The notes beneath the pieces were generated by a model. It searched no databases and was not told the origin of the DNA. It saw only the letters and a program-made list of their open reading frames with translations. Positions 29,591 to 40,269 of a DNA stretch of 64,000 nt are shown in pieces (the stretch's first letter is position 1; every line of letters starts with the position of its first letter). Both the position numbers and the translations under genes were made by a program. The stretch is from the human T2T-CHM13v2.0 reference genome, Homo sapiens: NCBI RefSeq assembly GCF_009914755.1, contig NC_060926.1; one strand, 5' to 3'.

Positions 29591-32105
29591 CATAGTAAGG
29601 TTTCAGGTGTCTTGATGGTATCCAAATTGGCTGCTGGTTCTGTCCTGGAGAAACACAAGCATAACCTCTACCCCAAGTTATTATTTTATCTATTTCCCAA
29701 ATTTTTGTTATCGGATCTCTCCACCAAACCAGTTGTTGTGCTTCTGTCTTTGAAGCTGGTTTCTGTAGATGCTGTTCAGCTGCTGAAAACATCTGGCCTT
29801 TAGGCAGGCTCAAGAAATTTAAAGTCAATAATGCTAGATTCAATTGCGTATGGGGTGTCCCGAAGTCTCTGTTTCCCCCTTTTTGCTTTTGCAACTGCTG
29901 TTTCAGGGAGAGATTCATTCTTTCCACTGTGGCTTGTCCTTGAGAATTATATGGGATACCAGTAATGTGTTTAATATTCCATATAGAGAAAAATGTAGCT
30001 AGCGCTTGGCTAGTATAGCCTGGGGCATTGTCCGTTTTAATAGAAGCTGGAATGCCCCTCACCACAAAACACTGCAAAAGGTGACGTTTAACACAGGAAG
30101 AAGACTCTCCTGATTGGCATGTACCCCAAAGTGAGAAAAGGTGTCCACACATACATATACATAAGCTAGTCTCCCAAACGAGGGAACATGTGTGACATCC
30201 ATTTGCCAAAGAGAATTAGGTTCCAATCCTTGAGGATTAACCTCTCTTGTAAAAGATGAGGAATGCACCATTTGGCAAGTAGGTCATCGCTAGATAATAG
30301 CTTTAGCTGCTTTCCAGGTAATGCTGTATCTGCGTTTGAGACCAGAGGCATTAATATGGGTTAAATTGTGAAAGTGTCTAGCATTAGATATTGCAGTAGC
30401 AACTAGGCAATCAGCCATTAGATTCCCTTCAGTTAAAGGTCCTGGAAGAGGTGTATGAGCCCTAATGTGAGTGATGTAAGAAGGGTGCATTCTACTCCTA
30501 ACTGCTGTTTGCAATTTGGGTAAATAAAGTCATCAGTTGCTCATCTGTGTGGAATCATAACTCAGCATTTTCAATTAAATGTGTAGAATGAACCACATAT
30601 GAAGAATCAGAAATCACATTAATAGTCATATTAAAAGCAGTCAATACCTCAATTACAGCTACAAGCTCCACTTTTTGAGCTGAAGTGTAGGGTGTCTCAA
30701 AAACTTTACCTTTCGAGCCAGAATAAGAAGTTTTACCATTACTAGACCCATCTGTGAAGACATTCTCAGTACCTTCAATTGGTTTAAATTTAGTTATTTT
30801 AGGGAGAATCCAATTAGTTAATTTCAAAATTGAAACAGTTTTGTTTAAGGAAAATGATTATCAAGAATACCCACAAAGTCAGCTAAATGGGTTTGCCAAG
30901 TAAGACTATTTATAAAAGCCTGCTGTATTTGTGCCTTCGTGAGAGGGACAATAATTTCTCCAGGATCATATCCATGTAATTTAACAATCTGAGTTCTCCT
31001 ATTTCGTATCATAGTAGCGATTTGATCAAAATAAGGAGTTAGAATCCGTGAATTAGTATGTGGAAGAAAAAACCATCTACTAAGTCATGCTTTTGGACAA
31101 TAACACCAGTAGGTGAATGATGAGTTGAAAAAATTAGCAAATCTAGAGTCTTCTCTGGATCTATTTATTTGAGCTTTATGGACTTGCTTTTTGATTAGCT
31201 GCAGCTCTGCCTCAGCTTCTTTTGTTAATTGCCAAGGGGTAGTGAGACTAGGATCTCCTCTAAGGATAGAAAATAGATTACTCATGGCATAGGTAGGAAT
31301 ACCTAAAGCAGGTCATATCCAATTAATGTCCCCTAGTAATTTTTGAAAGTCTTTTAATGTTTTCAGTTGATCCCTACGTAGAGGTTACTTTCTGTGGCAC
31401 AATTGTAGTGTCATTTACTAAGGTCCCCAAGTAGAAGTGAGGAGTAGTAGTCTGAATTTTGTCAGGAGCTATAATTAAACCAGTGCAAGAAATTGAATTT
31501 TACAAGTGATCGTAACATTGGAGTAATTTTTCTCGAGTGGGGGCAGCACAAAGTATATCGTCCACATAATGAATAATGTAATACTGTGAAAACTTTTTAT
31601 GAGTAGGTTCAATTGCTTGCCCTACATAAGTCTGGCAAATTGTTGGGCGGTTTAACATGCCTTGTGGCAACACTTTCCAATGAAAATGCTTAGCAGACTG
31701 CAGGTTGTTTACTGCAGGAATTGTAAATGCAAACCATCCACAGTCTTGCTCAGCTAAGGGGATAGTAAAGAAATACTCTTTTAAATCTATGACTATTAAA
31801 GGCCAATTTTTCAGAATCATAGCAGGGTAAGTCAATCCTGGCTGTAATGTCCCCACAGGTTGTATCACTGAATTAATGGCTCTAAGATCTGTCAACATTT
31901 TCCATTTACTTGATTTTTTTCTTAATCACTAAGACTGGAGAATTCCAGGGGAAAATGTTGGAGCTATGTGTCCTTTTTCTAATTGTTCAGTAACTAAGTC
32001 CTCTAAAGCCTCCAGTTTCTCTTTACTCAGTGGCCATTGTTCTATCTAAATTGGCTTATCTGTTAACCATTTAAAGGTATAGGTTCTGGAGGCTTAACAA
32101 TGGTC
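29560..32105 (-). pseudogene. pol: HML-3 pol (RT, RNase H, integrase), disrupted
   Basis: [22 protein letters not shown]; RNase H FTDGS/ISDS; integrase HFHNLTH, WQMDVTH, KTDNAP, VERMN; split over several frames. Confidence 0.94.
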
Positions 32106-32109
32106 ACCA

Positions 32110-33030
32110 TCAAAAGTGATATCCTGAACCTTGGTGGGAATTTTGTCTTTCTGCTTGAAGTGGTTCCTTCAAACCTTGCAAATTTTTTCCTAGTCCCATA
32201 CCAGAGACATACCCCATTTCATGCATCATATGTTGACTTTGAGGGCCATATAATTGTTCTGGAATTAGAACTTGTGCTCCCCACTGTTGTAATAAATCTC
32301 TTCCCCATAAATAGGTTCAGAAGTTATAATTGGTTGAATAGTCCCAGGTTGTCCATCAGGCCCTTCACAAGACAAAATATACTATTTTTAGGGGCTTTAC
32401 CAACTCCAATTATGTTAAATTGAGCTGGTTGAATTGGCCACATGGACAGCCAGTGCTATAGAGAAATAATTGACATGTCCACCCTTGTATCTACCAAACC
32501 TTTAAATTTCTTTCCCTGGATAGTTATTTCACAGGTAGGACATTTATCAGTAATTTGATTCACCAAATAAGCTGCTTTTCCTTGTTTACTTGTGCTTCCA
32601 AATCCTCCTGTTTGTTTAATTTCACTTTTTCCCATTTCCACATATGGTACAATTAGGAGCTGCACTATACACTCTCCTGGGCTCTGCTTTCCAGGGAACA
32701 GAAGTAGATATAACCATTTGAATTTCCCCATTGTAATCTGAATCAATGACTCCCATATGTACTTACGCTCCTTTTCAATTTAAACTAGACCTGCCTAGAA
32801 GTAGTCCTATCGTCCCCACTGGCAAGTGTCCACAGACCCCTGTTGGGACCTTTTGTGGGTGTTTCCCAGGCAGAAGGCTCACAGCTCAGCTTTTGTGCAG
32901 CATAAATCTACTGCAGCACTACTGGCTGTGGCAGGGGACAGACATTGTACAAGGGTGAAGGAGTGGCCTGAGCCAGAAATGCCCCAGTTTGGAATGGGGC
33001 CCATGACAGGCCCCTCATGGTGTTTCCCAA
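32110..33030 (-). pseudogene. pro: HML-3 pro (dUTPase, protease, G-patch), disrupted
   Basis: GLLLGRSSL and GGFGST (dUTPase); LVDTR (DTG mutated); EMGYVSGMGLGKNLQG (G-patch); slippery GGGAAAC at 33028-33022. Confidence 0.88.
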
Positions 33031-33575
33031 AATTGGGTTCCCATCTTCATCAAACTTAGAGTGACAGCGATTAGCCCAATGTTTTCCTTTTTTACACTTT
33101 GGGCATAGACCTGGTTCATACTGATTGATAGCCTGTTTAAACTCTTTAAGTATTTTATAAGGAAAAGGCTCAAACGTAGCTATAACATTCCCCTGTTGAT
33201 CTGTGGGGTGTATTCTAACAGAGAACTGCCAAGCCTCTAAATCACCCTCTCTTCTAGCTTTCTGGATTCCTGCCTGAATAGAACTGAGAGCGGTCGCTCA
33301 AGGTGCGCTCGAACAGTCACTGGGGCAACTACTTTTTGCCCAGTGTCCTCCAGAAAAGAAAGATCTGGAGGGTCAGACCACTCTTTTTCTTCAAATAATG
33401 AGGGGATGCAGAAGGTAGGGATGAACCTCTTCCTCCTTTGCTGCTTTAGCTTTAGCTTTAGCTGGCAAACAAACCTGCTCTGTCACCTCTTCTGTTACTT
33501 CATTATACTTTCCTTCTTATCATCAGTGTGAAAAGGTTCCAAGGTGGAACGAACCAGAGCCCATACTTGTCCCAT
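33000..33575 (-). pseudogene. gag: HML-3 gag remnant, heavily deleted
   Basis: ATG 33575 MGQVWALVRSTLEPFH; [16 protein letters not shown] joined to [21 protein letters not shown] (CCHC knuckle). Confidence 0.88.
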
Positions 33576-33701
33576 TGTTACCCTGATGCTTCCGAGCTCC
33601 CCTTCTTACTCACCACAAGTATTGCTTAAGAGTACTTGGTGTCCTCCAGCTTAGTTCCACGTTCCCCAACTGTCACTCTGGCAACCCTTTGCCCAAGATT
33701 T

Positions 33702-33722
33702 GAGCCCCACGTATGGGCACCA
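33702..33722 (-). other. tRNA-Lys primer binding site
   Basis: TGGTGCCCATACGTGGGGCTC, similar to the canonical Lys PBS TGGCGCCCAACGTGGGGC, 2 nt after the 5' LTR. Confidence 0.88.
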
Positions 33723-33724
33723 CT

Positions 33725-34233
33725 TGCTGAGACCAGCTCAGTTCTGGAGACCCTAACCCAGTAGCACTAGAGGAATTAAAGACACACACACAGAAATATG
33801 GAGTATGGAACAGGAAATCAAGAGGCTGACAGCCTTCAGAGCTGAGAGCCACGAACAGAGTTTACCCATGTATTTAATGACAGCAAGCCAGTGATAAGCA
33901 TTGTTTCTATAGATTATAGATTAACTAAAAGCATTCCTTATGGGAAACAAAGGGATGGGCCAAAACAAAGGGATGGGTTCTGGCTAGTTATCTGCAGCAG
34001 GAACATGTTCTTAAGGCACAGAACACTCATGCTATTGTTTGTGGTTTAAGAACACCTTAAGTGGTTTTCCGCTCTGGGTGGGCCAGATGTTCCTTCCACT
34101 CATTCTGGTAAACTGACAACCTTCCAGCGTGGGCGTCATGGCCATCATGCACATGTCACAGTACTGCAGAAATTTTGTTTATGGCCAGTTTTGGGGCCAG
34201 TTTATAGCCAGATTTGGGGGCCTGTGCCCAACA
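33725..34233 (-). repeat. 5' LTR (MER9), 509 bp
   Basis: TG...CA termini; about 90% identical to the 3' LTR by eye. Confidence 0.95.
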
Positions 34234-34445
34234 ATTCATCACAGCCTATGGGAGAATGAGGATAAAATATTTATACTGGGGAAAATCTCTGCTCCTTTTT
34301 AACCTCAAGTAAGTCCTAAAGAAGAAAAGTGTTTTGTGAACAGAAAAAAATGCACACTAGGAACTGAGAGCTATAAATATAAAGATGAAGAATCAAAAAA
34401 TGAAAATATTTTAAGAAATGAGTAATATGAATATAAATGAAGGTG

Positions 34446-34811
34446 TGTCTTAGTCCATTCAGGCTGTTACAACAACATACCATACACTGGGTCGCTTATA
34501 AGCAACAGAAGTTTATTTCTCAAAGATGTGGTGGCTGGGAAGTCCAAGACCAAGGCAACAGCAGGTTTTGTGTCTGGTGAGAGCTCATTTCCTGTTTCAT
34601 AGTTGATGCCTTCTCTCTGTGTCCTCACATGATGGAAAGAGCCAAGCCACTCTCTAGCACTTCTTTTATAAAGGCAATTATCCCATTAAGGAGGGCTTCC
34701 CTCTCCTGACCTAATCACTTTCCAAATACTCTGCTTCCTAATACCTTCATAATAGGGGATTAGGTTTCAACATATGAATTTGGGGGTGACACAAACATTC
34801 ATATCATAGCA
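34446..34811 (-). mobile_element. MLT1A-type MaLR solo LTR
   Basis: tgtcttagtccattcaggctg...gaatttgggggtgacacaaacattc; TSD aggtg/tggtg. Confidence 0.88.
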
Positions 34812-35111
34812 TGGTGGGAAATTCATCTAACTTTGTACTTCACATGTTACTCGAAATATTTGTTTAGGACAGACATTCTTTCAGTTTTTCTCTGTCTTCT
34901 AGAAAAAAGTCACATGTATATATCTTTGTATTCATTAAGCAACTGTGTGTGTGTGTGTGTTTGTGTGTGATGTGCTTAGTCTGGTAAGGATCTAAAAATA
35001 AATAAAACGGGAGGTAAAACATCAATGTATCTATAATATGAGTCAAAAGTCATTGAGTATTGGAAGTGTAGTGACTATCTTTTGTTTGTTTGTAATTCAG
35101 CATTCCTTCCC

Positions 35112-35485
35112 TATCATAGTCAATTTGTTCTGTTATAACAAAATATCTTAGAAATTTATTTCTCACAAATCTGGAGGCTGGAAAGTCTAAAATCAAGGTA
35201 CTGTCAGATTCTGTGGCTGGTGAGAGCTGCTCTCTGCTTTATAGACAATGCATCTTGCCACAGCCTCACATCGTATAAGAGGCGAAGGCTATGTGCTCAC
35301 ATGGTGAAGAACAACACAGCTCCCTTCAACTTCTTTTATAAAGGCACTAATCTCATTTCTAAACTTGGAGCCCTCATGATCCAATCATCTCTTAAAGGCC
35401 CTACCTGTTAGTACTATCACTTTAGTAATTAAGTTTCAACATACGAAGGAAAGGGAAGACACATTCATATATTCAGGCTATAACA
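35112..35485 (-). mobile_element. MLT1A/MST-type MaLR solo LTR
   Basis: aatttatttctcacaaatctggaggctggaaagtc...; perfect 5-bp TSD ttccc. Confidence 0.85.
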
Positions 35486-36287
35486 TTCCCCTTTCTTTTG
35501 TTACTTGAATACCCTATTTTCATGGAGAATGACCTCATTCTGCTTTGGTATAACTCCCATCCATTATGGTATCCTGCCTTTTTCTACCCAGGTATGGGTG
35601 CTTGAGCCCAGCAAGATCAATTAGAACCTCTATTCAGAGGTTTTACAATTTTAATGAACTGGCACAAGGATGAAAAATGATTGGCCTTGAGTCTTTTCAA
35701 GGAGCATCCTGAAAAGGTTAACCTCTTATTCATATTACTTAGCTCCCCAGAACAGAGACTTTGGTAAGATATTCAGTAACAAAAGGGAGTAAAAGAAAAC
35801 AAACAACAAAAGGAATAGCAAAGGCTTATTTTAAGCCAGAGATAAAAGTACAATATTCTCTCTTTGAGCAGCTATAAAAATCATGTTCTATCTTTTGTAT
35901 TAAATGGAATGAGAATCTTTTGTTAAAGTATTAACAAGATAAATTTGTTATTATTCAGCACTTTCATTTACCAATGTTTGACACTGGAGATATGTTTACC
36001 TATTTTACCTATATTTTAATAGATAGCAAATACCTATTTTCACAATGTAAGAGCTAACAAAATGTGAACATAAAATATGGAAATGTTTGAATCTTGGCAA
36101 ACATCTGAGTAATTTAAGATTGAGGCGTAAAATTGACTCATCTCTTTAGAAACCAAAGTGCAGCTTGGAGAGAAAATAAAATATCAGATACGAAACAGAT
36201 ATTAAATTTCATTCAACAGAACATACATCTTCACTTTATTTCAAAATAACCTCTTATGAAATTTTGGAAGATGATAATGGACGCTTT

Positions 36288-36960
36288 AAAAACAAAAAAT
36301 AAGAGATATTTGTGAGGATACAGAGAAAAGGGAATGCTTATACCCTATTGGTGGGAATATAAAGTAGGACAATTTTTATGGAAGACAATATGAAGACTGA
36401 AGAACTAAAAATAGAACTACTCTTTGATCTAGCAATCCCACTACTGGGTATTTACCAAAAGGAAAAGAAATAATTATATCAAGAAGATACTTGCACTCCC
36501 ATGTTTATTGCTGCACTACACACAATAGCAAATATATGGAATCAACCTAGTGTCCATCAATGGACAACTTGCTAAAGACAATGTGTTATATATACACAAT
36601 AGAATACTATTCCACCTTAAAAAATAATGTAATCCTGTGTTTTGCTGCAACATAGATACAACCAAAGGCCATTATCTTAAGGAAAACAACTCAGAGACAG
36701 AAAGACAAGTGCTGCATGTTCTCACTTATAAGTGATAGTTATATAATGTGTACACCTGGAGGTAGAATGTGGAATAATAGACCATGGAGACTCAGAAGGA
36801 TGTGTGGATAACAGGGTCTTGATGATGAGAAATTACTTAATGGGTACAATGTATGTTATTCCAGTGATGGATACACTAAAATCTCTGACTTCAGAACTAT
36901 GCAATATATCCGTGTAACAAAATTACACTGATACCCCATAAATTTATACAAATAAAAATT
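36288..36960 (+). mobile_element. L1MA-type 3' end
   Basis: gcaatcccactactgggtat...catgttctcacttataagt...aaatttatacaaataaaaa. Confidence 0.88.
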
Positions 36961-37369
36961 AATTAATTAATAAATAGTGTGACAGATATAGAAAGTATGT
37001 AAAAGGAAGAAATAACTAATAAATCTTAAAGATAGATTTATCACAATTGGTTAAAAACCAATTTGTGGCACATAAAGAACTTCTGCTCTACAATCTAGTA
37101 AGTGATACAAAGATAAATAGCAGGTATGTATTCCCCCCTCCAGTTTCAATACTCATTCTAACCTTAGATACCTGGAAAGAGAGCATATTTCTTTCTAAGG
37201 GCCACTATATTATTAAAATATTGGTGTTTCCATTGAAATGGTATGGATAGGACTTTATAAATTGTAGCAACTTTTCTATATGTTAACAATGCCGTAACAT
37301 TGAATTAGAAGATAAAAAAGTTCTATTCATAAGTAAAACTTATAAGTACTAGTAATAGACCTGTGAGAA

Positions 37370-37408
37370 GATATATATATATAGTCTCTATATATATATA
37401 TTTTTTTT

Positions 37409-37463
<55 letters not shown>
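37370..37463. repeat. Compound (TA)n/(T)n/(TC)n/(TA)n microsatellite
   Basis: Directly visible. Confidence 0.95.
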
Positions 37464-37464
<1 letters not shown>

Positions 37465-37876
37465 GAAAATAGGGAAGAGTAGAAATAGTAGAGATTTCAA
37501 TATTTCTTTAATTTGGTTAGCAAAATCTTACACAAAGTCACAATTTTAATTTTAAATTAAATTTTAATTCAAGATTTATCTGAAAGAATAAATAAAGAAT
37601 AGTCAAGAAAAATTGGATAAGGAGCAATAATGAAAAGGTGTTGGCTGTATTTGACGATAAAAAACAATAGACACACAGGTGAATAAAACACTGCATATGA
37701 GGCAGAAACAAACACTAGGTTGAAGGGTAGAGGGTAATGGGAGGAATATATATTCACAAATAGCACCAAAAATCAAATGAGAAAGGAATGGATTACTCAA
37801 TGTCAGTGAAAAAAATTGCCAGACATTTGGCAAATAAAGTTATTTTCTAATGTTTGCCTGATATTATATACCTTCA

Positions 37877-38356
37877 TGACAGAGTAGGAGCATCGTCATC
37901 TTGGACAAGCACCACCATTCTACAGTTCCCCTTGATCAAAAACCACCTAAATCCAAAGGGCATCAGCCTAACGGCTAACGTCAGCTTGATCATAAATCAC
38001 AAATGACATCTCTGACCAGCAACATCCCAACCATCAGACAAACTCCTCCCTGACCAGAGATGTGCCAGCCCTGAGATAACCTTCCCTCCAGCCAGAGAGA
38101 TGTCAGCCCCAAGATAACCTCCCCTCCGACCAGAGACATTCCAACCCCGCCATAAACTTCTGCCTGACACAGAAACATTCCAAGCCTGCGATAAGCTCTC
38201 TCATCCTGAAACCAATAAATACTCTTAATCAGTAAGAGAGAGCGCTCCTGACTGAAATTGGCCAGAAGCCCCTCTCGGGTTTATTCTCCAAAATAAACCT
38301 GTCTTTGATGGTTGAGCCACTTTTTGTGTTTCTTTCCACTTTCTTCAACTCTTAGA
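37877..38356 (+). mobile_element. Solo ERV LTR (LTR47/MER72-like; family uncertain) with internal ~38-bp tandem repeats, inserted in an old L1
   Basis: TGACAGAGTAGGAGCATCGTCATCTTGG start; AATAAA at 38214 and 38292; cttca/cttta flanks. Confidence 0.78.
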
Positions 38357-38829
38357 CTTTACACATTCTGTTAGATTAAGTAGTTAAATAATAAAAATAA
38401 TCGTAAAAAACTAAAATCTTAACTAAAAAGTCATTTAATTTTTATCTAATCAGTCTCATGAAGAACAGCTTTCTAATCATAAATACAATAGAAGAAATTA
38501 AAGTGAAAATATTATAATGCAACAAAAAACTGGAAAATGTATTTTGACATAAATAAAACAAAAAATGGTTGATATGTTTCATATACAGATAAATGTTTAA
38601 GCAAATCAGAAGGAAAATATAAGGTACCAATAATATGTTAACTAATGTTATAAAAAGACCAATCATAAAAGAATAATTTAAATTGAACAATACATTTATT
38701 TTAAAATCAACTTTAATACTAATCAAGGAAACAAAAACAAGACTATTGTCCTATTAAATTAACATATTCAACCAGATAATGGTTAATACATACAAATACA
38801 TATATTATATATTTATGGGTCATATATAT

Positions 38830-39155
38830 ATGGGTCAAAGAGTACAAACTTTCAACTATAAAATGAATGAGTACTGAAAACCTAATGTGCAGTATGGTGT
38901 CTATAGTCAGTAATAATGCAGTATTAATAATAATGTAAAATTGCATACTTGAAATTTGTCAAAAGAGTAGATCTTAAATGCTTTCACCACACACACATAA
39001 ACACACACACAGAGGTAACTGCGTGGGGTAATATCAATATATTAATTAGCTTCACTTTGGTAATTATTTCATAATGTACACATATATCAAAACATCACAC
39101 AGTATAACCTAAATATGTGCAATTTTTGTCAATCATACCTCAATAAAACTAGGGA
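38830..39155 (+). mobile_element. L1MA-type 3'UTR end
   Basis: aaagagtacaaactttca...agagtagatcttaaatg...tacctcaataaaact. Confidence 0.82.
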
Positions 39156-39658
39156 CAAAAGACACATGAGTGCAATAACAGCCAAATCATAGAAGTAAAC
39201 TTAAAGTTAAATAAAAAATAGTTCAATAAAATCTCTTCCCAGATAGCTCAACAACAACAACAAAAGAATTATTAAAGGTCAAGAGAGTGAGGATTTGGAA
39301 GAGAAAATCTGTTGAGAAGTATTTTGGAAAAAGCAGTTGAGCACCTCAAATCACAATGTCTTCCAAAACGAGAAGTAGTTATTGCTTGTTCCCTTTCCTC
39401 CAATCATAAGAAAGGAATATGTCAGCTAGAAAACATACTTATGGTATACTTAAATAGAAAAATTGAAGAAGGTTTAATAAAAAGACTAGTCACAAATTTG
39501 TGAACAGGGATAAGGGAAACAAACAAAACGTGGTAAAGCACCCTCAGTACTAGCAAGAACAGGGAGCAGTTGCAATCCCTATGAGTTTGTTATTGGAAAC
39601 CACTGAGACCAATAGCTATACAAGAGAGATCAACAGGGCCTAAGGAACAGGCATAAGG

Positions 39659-40265
39659 TAGGGAAACTCAAACCCAAATACTTGTATGCAAACGTTTATA
39701 GTAGCATTATTCATTATAGCCAAAATAGGGAAACTCAAACCCAAATACTTGTACACAAACGTTTATAGTAGCATTATTCATTACAGCCAAAATATGGAAA
39801 CTCAAGTGTCCCTGAATGGATGAATGGGTAAACAAAACGTGCCATGTCCATACAATGTTATATTATTTGGCCATAAAAAGGGATGATGTACTGATATATA
39901 CATATGCTACAACATGGATAAACCCTTACAACAACATGCTAAGTGAAAGAAGTCAGTCACAAAAGGCCAGGTGCTATATGATTCCATTCATATGAAAATT
40001 CAGAATAGGGAAATCTATGGAGACAGAAAGACTAGTGGTTACTTAGGGATGAGGAAGGAGGTTGAGGCTGGGGCTGTAGTGGTGGGGCAGGATGGTGATA
40101 GCTAAAGGGTATAGGTTTTCTTTTGGGGGATTTTTGAGGTGACAAAAATGCTCTAAATTTGACTATGGTGATGGTTGTATAATTATGTCAATCTTTTAAA
40201 AACTATTGAATAGTACACTGTAAGTTGTATGATATATAAATTATATTTCATAAAGCTGTTAAAAA
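39659..40265 (+). mobile_element. L1MB-type 3' end with a 67-bp tandem duplication at its 5' edge
   Basis: atgctacaacatggata...tatatgattccattcatatga...taaagctgttaaaaa. Confidence 0.85.
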
Positions 40266-40269
40266 TACA

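Larger units (their letters stand above)
27842..34233 (-). mobile_element. HERV-K9 / HML-3 provirus (MER9 LTRs), LTR-gag-pro-pol-env-LTR, coding-defective and internally deleted (~6.4 kb)
   Basis: Paired LTRs with TG...CA ends, Lys PBS, PPT, betaretroviral motifs, and a 6-bp TSD atttat (27836-27841) / attcat (34234-34239). Confidence 0.95.

Noticed and set aside
29388-30209. 273-aa ORF as an intact integrase
   Set aside because: Frameshift separates the first catalytic Asp from the D35E part, and the zinc-binding region has stops
38005-38197. CRISPR-like array
   Set aside because: Degenerate tandem units without unique spacers, inside a primate LTR; no cas genes
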